A DNA stretch of 20,000 nt from assembly GCA_022813865.1 (NCBI GenBank), contig JALDZX010000023.1, positions 307,375-327,374 on the forward strand, given 5' to 3'. Position numbers and translations under genes: made by a program. Source of the DNA: Xylographa opegraphella (lineage: Eukaryota). The stretch's first letter is position 1. Each line of letters starts with the position of its first letter. Shown piece after piece: positions 1-8,741 of the stretch. Below the pieces are notes generated by a model. It saw nothing but the letters and a program-made list of their open reading frames with translations. It was not told the DNA's origin and did not search any database.

Positions 1-1232
1 AATGCCGCTGCCACCACTGCTTCATTCTCCATTGGATTCATACTACAGGTTGAATAGACGACACGGCCCCCTGCTTTCAGCATCTGTATTGCGCGAAACA
101 GGATCCGTACTTGGGTTGGAAATAATCCGATCGCGTTTCCAGGGTTCCAATCTCTCCACACGTTGACATTTTTGCGACAAGTCCCATCACCAGAACATGG
201 GACGTCTGCTAGAATACGGTCGAACTTAAGATACTTTCCTTTGGCAATCGCGCCATGTGGTGTGGGGTCGGACGGTAGCTTGATCGAGGGATATATGGTT
301 GCGTCGTGATTTGTAACGATAAGATTTGGGGAATTCAGCCTCTTCATCTGATGTATCAGCAAATGCGCCCTCTTGTAGTCGATATCATTCGCTATGAGTA
401 AGCCAGTGGTCCTGCCATCATCTGACCAATCACCAATCCGCTCTTCTTCCTGAATCTCAAGCTTGATCTCATTACCGTCAGAACTTATCTCACGGCCATC
501 CTCTTTCTTGATCTCGCGAATGATCTTCCTCGTGCGAGCTTCCTCTCCGCCATGTACCATCTCGATAAGCTGAGCCGACTTACTTCCTGGTGCAGCACAA
601 AGATCCAGCACCGTCATTCCAGGGCGAATGTCCATTAACAGCGGCGGGATCATGCTCACAGCTTCTTGCCTGCTGATATTCCCTACACTAGTTTCGGATA
701 CTAAAAACTTCTGGAATGAGGAGAAGGGTCCAAAGCGCCGGACTACAGCCTTGGGGGTGGTCATTTGCCATCCCAAGTCGTCCGGATACCAAGGTAGCGG
801 AGCTGGAGGCTCCACTGCTCGGCCTTCATATTGGATGGAAGTGATTTCGGGGATGTAATGATTTTTCAGCCTCTGTTGGACCGGAATAGCATGCCTAAGA
901 AATCGGTTTAGTCGCAGCTTATACCCGGCAGACACCGATCAGAACACACCCTTTCGAGCCTGTGAAGCGAAAACTGTTGGGCAGTTCTCTTTTCAACGCC
1001 GCCCAAAATTCGGATCGCTCTTCCGGCGGTACGATTCCCAAGTCATTATAGTATTTCTCGTAGAGCTCGTTTTGTTTTGGGACTTCCTGATAATCCGCTC
1101 TTTCTGGTCGTTGGCCTCCTTTGCCTCCTTTGCCTCCGCCTCGCCCACGTTGGAACTATCGAGTGTCAGAGATGTCACTGGCTGTCAGCAAGTCCAGGAC
1201 GTACTAACTCTCTTGCCCCCACGTCTACCCAT
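1..1232 (-). CDS. NCL1: tRNA (cytosine-5)-methyltransferase Ncl1/Trm4 (NSUN2 family), 5' part; runs off the left edge. Exons 1232-1209, 1155-950, 894-<1
   Basis: Manual spliced translation: MGRRGGKR|FQRGRGGG...ELPNSFRFTGSKG|HAIPVQQRL...GNISRQEAVSMIPPLLMD...VLDLCAAPGSKSAQL...IANDIDYKRAHLLIHQ...FDRILADVPCSGDGTCRKN...GGRVVYSTCSMNPMENEAVV. Contains SAM-binding motif I and both catalytic Cys motifs (PCSGDG, STCS). Introns GTTAGT..CTGAC..TAG (1208-1156) and GTGTGT..CTAAC..TAG (949-895). Confidence 0.96.
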
Positions 1233-1958
1233 CTTCCTGCTCAACGTGCACGTGGTGTCTGTTTTTTATCGTGACGGTTCAAAAGCTCATGGAGCTCTGA
1301 CTGGCTTTGATAGTCGAGCCCTCAAGCGGGGCTTTTCTCGGGCCGAGTCTTAGTCCGCCCACGATATAGCTGGTCTTGCTCAGGCGGGTTTTACATTCAT
1401 TCAGTATCTTCCAAAAAAAAATAACATAAAAAGCAGGTAGTTTAAGCCTGACATTATGCATCGTTTCTGCTATTTGAGAATAAATAAGACTATCACTTCG
1501 TTTTGTAAAATGGACGAATTTCGCTGGGTTGCTTAATACTCGGTGTCCCATTCGCACCCAAAACACCATCTTTGTTTATCACAGGTTGCTGGCATAAGGT
1601 AACACTTGATCATTCATCGGTGATGCATAGCGGCTATTAACGGATGCTCGTCTATTCGTGAGACAAATTTCGAGCCTATGGGATATGGTATGATGGTTCG
1701 AGTTCGGTATCTGATCCGACACGAACTACGCGAACCCCGCAGATCACTACAGGTCATGCTTCTGTCTCTGCGCACCTACTCCGTTGGGAGAAGGATCGGA
1801 GGATTCCACCCCCGTTTAAATCTGTCCTCGTGCTTGGGCCGTCCTTCTTCATTACAAACTGCTGCCTGTTGAAAGGAAATAGCTAGAGATATTGTATCGC
1901 TGCTCAACCGTGTACATATTGATTTGACCGTGAACGAGCGATTACAACCGCCTGCAAT

Positions 1959-2984
1959 ATGCCTCCTCCATCTGCCACAACCACAGAGGCGTATACCAAT
2001 GGTGATGCGAAACCTTCAGCCATGGCTCCCCACGAACCAGGCTTATCGGAAACCAAGGCAAAGGTCCAGATGCCGAGGTTCCCAGGGCCGCGAAAGTTCC
2101 AGGACAAGTACGAAGAGCGAGACTACCTGAAGGGCCGCTTGGCTGCTGCGTTCCGTATTTTCGGGAAATATGGATTCGATGAAGGTGTGGCCGGGCACAT
2201 TACAATGCGAGATCCTGTTGACCCGACCACTTTCTGGGTCAATCCGTTCGGTGTGGCATTCAGTATGATGCGGAAGAGCGATTTGATCCAGGTCGATCAC
2301 AGTGGAAAAGTCATCGATGGTGGAGAAGTCAGACTTCTCAATGCCGCTGCTTATATGATACATGCTGCCATTCATTCGGCCCGTCCTGACGTTTTATGTG
2401 CTTGCCACAGCCACAGTATATACGGGAGGTCATTCTGCGCCTTGGGCAGGCCCTTGGATATCATTACACAGGATTCATGTGCTTTTCATAATGTCGGCCA
2501 GCCTGTTGACCGATGATTGCAAGCGCTGACAGTCTCTTTAGGATCATGTTCTCTACACCGCTTTCAATGGCATAGTCTTGGCCGAGAAAGAGGGTCTTGA
2601 TATTGCAGCCTGTCTGGGAAACAAGAAAGCTGCTTTACTCCAAAACCATGGTCTCTTGACTGTCGGTGCGACTATCGAGGCGGCCGTGTTCTGGTTCATC
2701 AGTCTGGAGAAGTGCTGCCATGCTCAGCTGATGGCGGATGCAGCTGCCGGCGGAAGAGGGGGCGAGACGAAGAAGATTGGCGACGAAGAGGCGGCTTACA
2801 CATATAAGACGATTGGGACACCACTAGCAGGTGTAAGATAACCCCCTACCTGGCGAGCATTCGGCCCATGCTCTGGCTTCTTGTACTGATGAGCAATACT
2901 AATTCTGCGGGTGTGTAGTGGTTCAGCGCCAAACCGGAGTTCGACAAGATGTACAAGGCGGAAGGCGACGAGTTTTTACAATAA
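1959..2984 (+). CDS. Class II aldolase/adducin head-domain protein (Mug14-like). Exons 1959-2492, 2542-2832, 2919-2984
   Basis: LAAAFRIFGKYGFDEGVAGHITMRDP, FWVNPFG, IHAAIHSARPDVLCACHSHS and LLQNHGLLTVG are typical of the family, including the Zn-binding His residues. Splicing joins AFHN|DHVLY and PLAG|WFSAKPEF...LQ*. Confidence 0.92.
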
Positions 2985-3484
2985 ACAGATAGGAGTCTGT
3001 TCGATCGTCCAGCATGAAATGTTTGGCAACATGGGGGATAGGAAGGAACGGCGAAGGGTGCACCCAGAATGCTCAAGGACTGTAAAAAAAAATGACTATA
3101 AAATACTTTACATATCCCTAACTGGGCTCGGTTCTGCATTCGGGGGATCTGAGAGACTCGATGTATGAGTGATTAGGTCACAGGCATGAATGGCCACAGA
3201 AGCATCTCCATGTGCATAAAGGTAGGTCGAGTGTGGAGTTCGGGTCAGTGCACGGCTACCCGAAGGCCAGTACTGTCAGCGTCTTTCCGAATCAGATTGC
3301 TGAGAAGCGCGCTATGGTCGAGAAGATCATTGCATACAATCTGGAACCCTAGACACCGTCAAAGTTTTCGAGATTTACTTCCCTATATCATCAGTAAGTA
3401 GCAGAAGCAGCGAGTAGAACGTGTCACATGTCAGGGCACTCGAATAGGGTATCAAGCGCCAAGCCGCAAGGGGGCCTGCAACAG

Positions 3485-3490
3485 CCTCGG
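3485..3490 (+). promoter_or_regulatory. CCTCGG, candidate FarA/FarB (Ctf1-type) fatty-acid response element
   Basis: Exact CCTCGG about 140 bp upstream of the carnitine carrier ATG. This is the core site known from fatty-acid utilisation promoters in Aspergillus. A hexamer alone is weak; support comes from the context. Confidence 0.5.
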
Positions 3491-3629
3491 TCCAGCGGGC
3501 AGCCTTGTGTGTGTCCAGGTCCTAACGCCGGGGTTCCGAGAGTAGGTCATAAGCTTCTTGTGCCTTTGATTTGCGCACGATATTTGGACCATTGATCTGC
3601 CTGTACTCGCGTGCGTCAGGCTTAGAGTA

Positions 3630-4775
3630 ATGACCGCTTCGTCGTCCTCGTCTTCGACGCCGACACTGCCGTCTACGGAAGAAGTCAAAACCGAAGTCGT
3701 CGCGGCCACCAAATCCACTCTCTCGGGGCTCCGCTCTCTGGCTGCGGGTGGGGTCGGCGGGATCTGCGCGGTCCTCGTGGGGCATCCGTTCGACTTGGTG
3801 AAAGTACGATTACAGACCGCGGACAAGGGCGTGTATACGGGAGCCACTGATGTTGTGCGGAAAACGGTAGCCCGGGAAGGGCTGGTCAGGGTTAGGAGTG
3901 CGGTGGCAGGCATTGCTTCTATTGCTAATCCACTTGACGGCAGGGACTCTATGCGGGCGTCTCAGCGCCGTTAGTCGGAGTGACTCCTATGTGTATGTGT
4001 CTCTGCCATCGGTGCCCACGGATTTGGCTAACATTGAGACAGTCGCTGTCAGCTTCTGGGTTAGCAGCCCAAGCACCCTACCTCGATGCTCCTGTGTTAA
4101 CTGCGGGAATGTCAGGGTTACGATGTTGGCAAATCCCTCGTCCGCTCATTCTCCCCCGCCACCACTGCCAACCAACAATTTACTATTGCACAAGTCTCAG
4201 CGGCGGGCTTCTTCTCGGCAATACCGATGACGTTGATCACGGCTCCATTCGAGCGAGTCAAAGTCCTCCTACAAATCCAAGGTCAAAAGCAACTGGCACC
4301 TGGCGAGAAGCCGCGGTATTCTGGCGGATTGGACGTGGTCAAGCAGCTTTATAAGGAAGGGGGCATACGCAGTGTCTTCCGTGGTAGTGTTATGACCCTA
4401 GCCAGAGACGGGCCGGGGAGCGCGGCATACTTCGCGACGTATGAGTACGTCAAGCGAAGGATGACTCCGAAAGACGCAGCTGGAAACCCATCCGGAGATC
4501 TCAGTCTGACCGCGGTGATGACTGCCGGAGGAGCCGCTGGCGTAGCCATGTGGATTCCTGTCTTCCCGATTGACACCGTCAAGTCGAGATTGCAGAGTGC
4601 TGACGGTCGACCGACCATTGGCGGGACCATCAGCGGCCTATATCGCAGCGGGGGATTCAAAGCCTTCTTCCCTGGCATAGGACCTGCAATGGCACGAGCG
4701 GTACCGGCGAACGCAGCAACATTCTTAGGAGTCGAATTGGCGCACAAGGCAATGAACAAGATGTTCGACTCATGA
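3630..4775 (+). CDS. CRC1: Mitochondrial carnitine/acylcarnitine carrier (SLC25A20/Crc1/AcuH). Exons 3630-3890, 3944-3992, 4043-4059, 4116-4775
   Basis: Three mitochondrial-carrier signatures (PFDLVKVRLQ, PFERVKVLLQ, PIDTVKSRLQ) plus carnitine-carrier-typical GVTPMFAVSFWGY, RDGPGSAAYF and RAVPANAATFLG. All three introns are GT..AG with branch-point-like motifs. Confidence 0.95.
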
Positions 4776-5044
4776 GGGTTTGCTGATAACTTGCGCTGTA
4801 TATTTCTCTGCCTGTATTGCTGTAAGGACCAGGCAAAGGCCAGTCAGTATAAAGTAGTGGTCCGGTCACGACGACGGGCTTGGGGGTTACAGAAAAAGAA
4901 TGGGGAAGGGGCTGCCAAAAAGGGATGTTTGGTAGTTGTTAGCATAGATAGCGTACTGTGAACAATATTGAATAATTCAGCTGTGACGGAGACACTCAAT
5001 GGCTCGATGCCAGTGCCTGTGATCCTAGAGAGCATGTAGCTAGT

Positions 5045-5050
5045 TATATA
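5045..5050 (+). promoter_or_regulatory. TATA-like box in an AT-rich patch, possible promoter of the candidate ncRNA
   Basis: TATATA in an AT-rich island (5040-5100) about 55 nt upstream of the outermost predicted helix. It could equally be part of the CRC1 3' end signal. Confidence 0.3.
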
Positions 5051-5104
5051 GATAATACTAACTACACGTGGACTACCTTACCTTAGTATTAAATTAGTAC
5101 ACAC

Positions 5105-6880
5105 AACGGCTCCAAAAGAATAACAAGCAGCCATCGGGGTTTCACCACGAGCGAAGCACACGCATCATCTGGGGTACAGCCATGCACCCCGACATGACAT
5201 GAGAATGCGGAGGCGAGCACGCACGGTCGGCAAGCCACCAGCTGTGCGGGTAACGACCTCACTGGCGCGCTTGTACGTAGTGGCTCTCGGGCCGCTCAGC
5301 ATCATCGACGGAAAGGATGGTGGAGAACGCCACCGCTGGCAAAGATCGATGCGCATCGCCGAATCGTCTGGACGTTCTGGGATACTCATTATTATTCCGA
5401 CACCCAGACCTCCAATGCGTCGGAGATTTCTGCGAGCACGAGGCAGTTGATACAGGGGAAAGGGGGCAAGGGCGCCCCCTCCCTCCCTCCCTTTCGAAGA
5501 TCACAATGAGACGGGAATTTTCTGGACCACTACAATACTGACAGACGGTCCGAGTTGAATCTTCGCAAAGCGGAGGTTACCAGGATCGTGCTTAACCCTA
5601 AGCGGTGGTGGGTTTGCCATGCATGAAAAATGTTCCGTCGGAGATGCAGAGACAAGGGAGGAATCATTGTGACGATTGACTGGCAGCACATGTCTCTTCG
5701 GGGACTCACCCCTGACCATGGACCATGCTCTCAGAAGACACCGTATCTTGATCAGTTAGTATGCCTGAATCGACATCAACTCGACCGTAGGGCAAGGCCC
5801 GTTGAGTGTCAGAGAAGTTCCAACACCCCGACTGAAAGCTGTCCGAGAATGCTGGAGCCGTGGATTACGCCCCTCCCACCGCAGCCTCAACTCAGCCTCT
5901 GTAAATGTTTCAAGAATTGTTTTCAACCCATGGTAGGAGCTGATAGCCAGACGATCATGGACAGCTACGACAAGCTGAAAGTCCGGACTCTCTGCTGTGC
6001 TCGGGCTGCGAAATGGCTGATATTCGGACGACAGGGCAATCAATCGTCGATACGATCCGCGTGGCATTATCAGATCCACAACCATGCTACTTTCCTGAGT
6101 GGATGGTCTCAACATCCATGGTACAGGAAAATTCGACAGCGCAGATCCATTGCCCCATTGAGAAACAACAACTAGTACGAGAAGCCTTCAGCTCAGCGCG
6201 AGGCCGCCGCACCGCGTGATAACCACCTATTATCGATAACAAAGCGCTATTCGACCGGTGCCCAGGGAGAGATTATGGCCCCCTTAATGGCACGATTCCG
6301 GAGACAGGAGACAGGGCGACGACAAGCATCGAAGTGCCTGGTCAGGAGCTTCCCAGCTGTTAACGATGAGGGAAACCCTGCCCGCGATGTTGTTCAACAA
6401 CGGTACGGAGTAGCTGCGGCACGAACTAGTGCCGATTATCCCGGGGGAAATAATGGCCCGGCGACGACTCGGTCGCTTAAAAAGGCTCGATTGGTCGTAG
6501 CGCCGTCCTGCGGCAGGTCCAAAAGCCGGGACGGCCCCGCATTGGCTGCCGGCCTTGCATCGGACTGGGTTTGCCAACAGTCGAGGCATACCCCAAGCTT
6601 CGATATATCCCATATATTCCGTATGTGATATTGGAACTATGACACCCGAATTGACAAGGGCCAACTTCTCCATGGCGGCCTACGTTAGTGTCACAGATGC
6701 TGGACGTGTGCTCAGACCGCTGTCACGATGCAACTGGCCTGTCGGTGGGAACTTCCGTACGGTCCAAGGACGAACACTACCCCAGAGCGCACGATGGGTG
6801 TGTACACATGGCACGGACTCGCATGGACTCGCAGGAGCACTTAAAGACACGCTGGTAGCCAGTTATTTTTCAGCTTGAAA
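5105..6880 (+). ncRNA. Candidate telomerase RNA (TER/TR); ends approximate
   Basis: Template TAACCCTAA at 5593-5601. Stem-loop 5545-5589 lies 3 nt upstream (template-boundary position). Helix 5518-5541/6491-6525 encloses the core, preceded on the 3' side by an A-run (6477-6490). Further nested helices: 5204-5214/6534-6543, 5170-5181/6585-6595, 5152-5157/6597-6602, 5116-5124/6862-6870. No credible protein in the interval, and the length (~1.8 kb) suits filamentous-ascomycete TRs. Pseudoknot and CR4/5 not resolved. Confidence 0.6.
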
Positions 6881-7019
6881 ATCAAGCATTGAGGGTTGAG
6901 ACAAAATCATTGATCAACGATTGGTCCTATCGGAGCAACGCTGCTCAGCTTGATTCCCTACCTGGACTCTGTGTATCTCTCTCTGCTCGTAACGGCTTTC
7001 GACGCCGGTCGTCTGCTCG

Positions 7020-8528
7020 ATGGCAGACTTCGATGCCGGTGCTCCAAAGATACACACCTACATTCCGCCCGATACGATCAAGGTCAGCCTTCCTTCCCTG
7101 GCTCTCTGATGCCAACCCTCTTTGCTGAGCCGCTGCTGATGCTCGATATCAGGGCACAACGGCCGCGACACTCGTGTTAGCGACTGCCGTTGCTGTGGGT
7201 AGGACCATCGTCCGCTACCGCCGGTTCAAGCGTCTCTACGTAGACGATGCCTTCCTCGCCATCGCCGTGGCAGCCGCGATAGCCGGGGCTGGCGTTTTCT
7301 ATGCCGCCCTTGACGGTGTCTTCATCGAGGCCGAGACCGCCGCGGGGCTCGCTCCCATCACTCCAGACTTCCCCAACATCTTTGCCACGACCAATACCAA
7401 AATCGATGTCGTCGTCAGCCTCTTCTGGCTCAGCGTTTTCGCCGTCAAATTCTCCTTCTTGTCGTTCTTCCATCGGCTCATCGTTCATTCGCGCCGTCTG
7501 AGAATTTGGTGGTGGGTCTGTGTGGTGATATCCGTACCGCTGACGATCGCCAACATCATCGTTCCCTGGCTCGTTTGCCCGTCCTACAAGCCCATTGGCA
7601 TCCGTAAGTCCGCCAAATCCTCAGCGGGCTTTTGACGTACCGCGATTGGCTGAGGATATGGTTGGCTAAATTCAGTCGTGTAGAGGAATGTGCCACACCG
7701 AAGAATGTCAAAGGATCAACGATCACCCTCGAATATGGCTTTACATTCGACATTGTTACCGATCTCCTGGGTGAGTTCGCCCTTTGTCTTTCACCGAAGC
7801 ACAACCCTTGCAATCCAGTTATCTTGGCGCTTTCCTTCCGTCTCTTTCCAGACTCGCTGACCACTCGGTTTTCTGTTGCCACAGTGATCTCCATACCCAT
7901 CATCCTGCTCCACAACTCTCGCTCCCTTTACCTCCGGCAGAAACTCATCCTTGGCTTCATGCTGTGCCTCAGTATATTCCTCATCATCATCTCCATCTTC
8001 CGCTTCATCAGCACCCAGCCCGGCATCTCCGGCGTGTGGGCGTACATCTGGTATCTCTACTGGGGCGATATCCAGGCCTCCGTGGCAATCATCCTGGTGT
8101 CGGCGACCGTGTTCCGGTCCCTCTTCGTCTCCGAGCATTCGGGCAACAAGCGAGCGCCCAGGATGAACAATCAGTTGAAGTCGTGGTCCCCGGACGGTTC
8201 GCCGACGACCGGTCAAAGTCCGGCCGGCTTCTCGCCCAAGCGCTGGTTTTCACGCTTTTTGTCGAGATCGAGTCGGAAGTCCGACATGCAGCAGGACCAG
8301 ACCAACTGGAGAACCAACCCCCTGCCGGGTATTCAGCACGCGGCGACGATGACGGGGGTGAGGACCATGATCTGGGAGAACGGAAGGGCGACGCAAGGCT
8401 CGTTCGAGGGCTGGAAGGATGACTCCATATCCTCGATCGGGAAGCCGTCATCACATCTAAACGCCTCGGGCGAAATGCCGGGGAGCATGAACGAGAAGGA
8501 GAGAGCCAATTACGATAGTTATGTATGA
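7020..8528 (+). CDS. PTH11-like (fungal rhodopsin-domain) integral membrane protein, no CFEM. Exons 7020-7082, 7153-7603, 7684-7770, 7885-8528
   Basis: R..VR..RFKRLYVDDAFL, WLSVFAVKFSFLSFFHRLI, CP...C, DIVTDLL|VISIPIILL...L..RQK...F.L....IIISIFR and W..IQASVAII..S...FRSLF are hallmark PTH11-family motifs. About 7 hydrophobic segments and a low-complexity cytosolic tail. The first exon (MADFDAGAPKIHTYIPPDTIK) is inferred from frame and splice sites. Confidence 0.88.
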
Positions 8529-8741
8529 ATGTCCCACGGTGTGAATGTACTCGCATACACAATAGCGAAGCAAGTACTTCTCTGGAGGCAGTTTCTGGTG
8601 TTTTCCCAAGGTGCACAACTTGAGTTGTGGCACCGTGCAGTTTCCGATTGTAGATAGCGGTGGTAGCACATAGCATGAAATACTTGTATAATTGTCCCCG
8701 TGTTCCGCATCATTTCCTGAGCTATCGAGGGCTTGCGAAAA

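Noticed and set aside
1959..4775. Aldolase and carnitine carrier as a metabolic gene cluster
   Set aside because: Adjacency only. No pathway link, regulator or further enzymes are visible.
5053..5091. 9-bp inverted repeat TAATACTAA/TTAGTATTA flanking CACGTG, possible MITE
   Set aside because: Too short and AT-rich, with no clear target-site duplication or second copy.
5165..5541. Several short overlapping ORFs on both strands
   Set aside because: Arg/Ser/Pro-rich shadow-type ORFs with no motif.
5593..5601. TAACCCTAA as an interstitial telomere or chromosome-end relic
   Set aside because: Only 1.5 repeats with no array, and surrounded by housekeeping genes.
5630..6219. 181-aa and 68-aa + strand ORFs with an intron-like GTCCGG..CTGAT..CAG
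   Set aside because: No recognisable domain or coding-like composition, weak donor, and no convincing spliced product. Better explained as chance ORFs within non-coding sequence.
7784..8676. Long alternative-frame and antisense ORFs (212, 195 and 141 aa) over the PTH11-like gene
   Set aside because: Expected by-product of GC-rich codon usage, which depletes stop codons.
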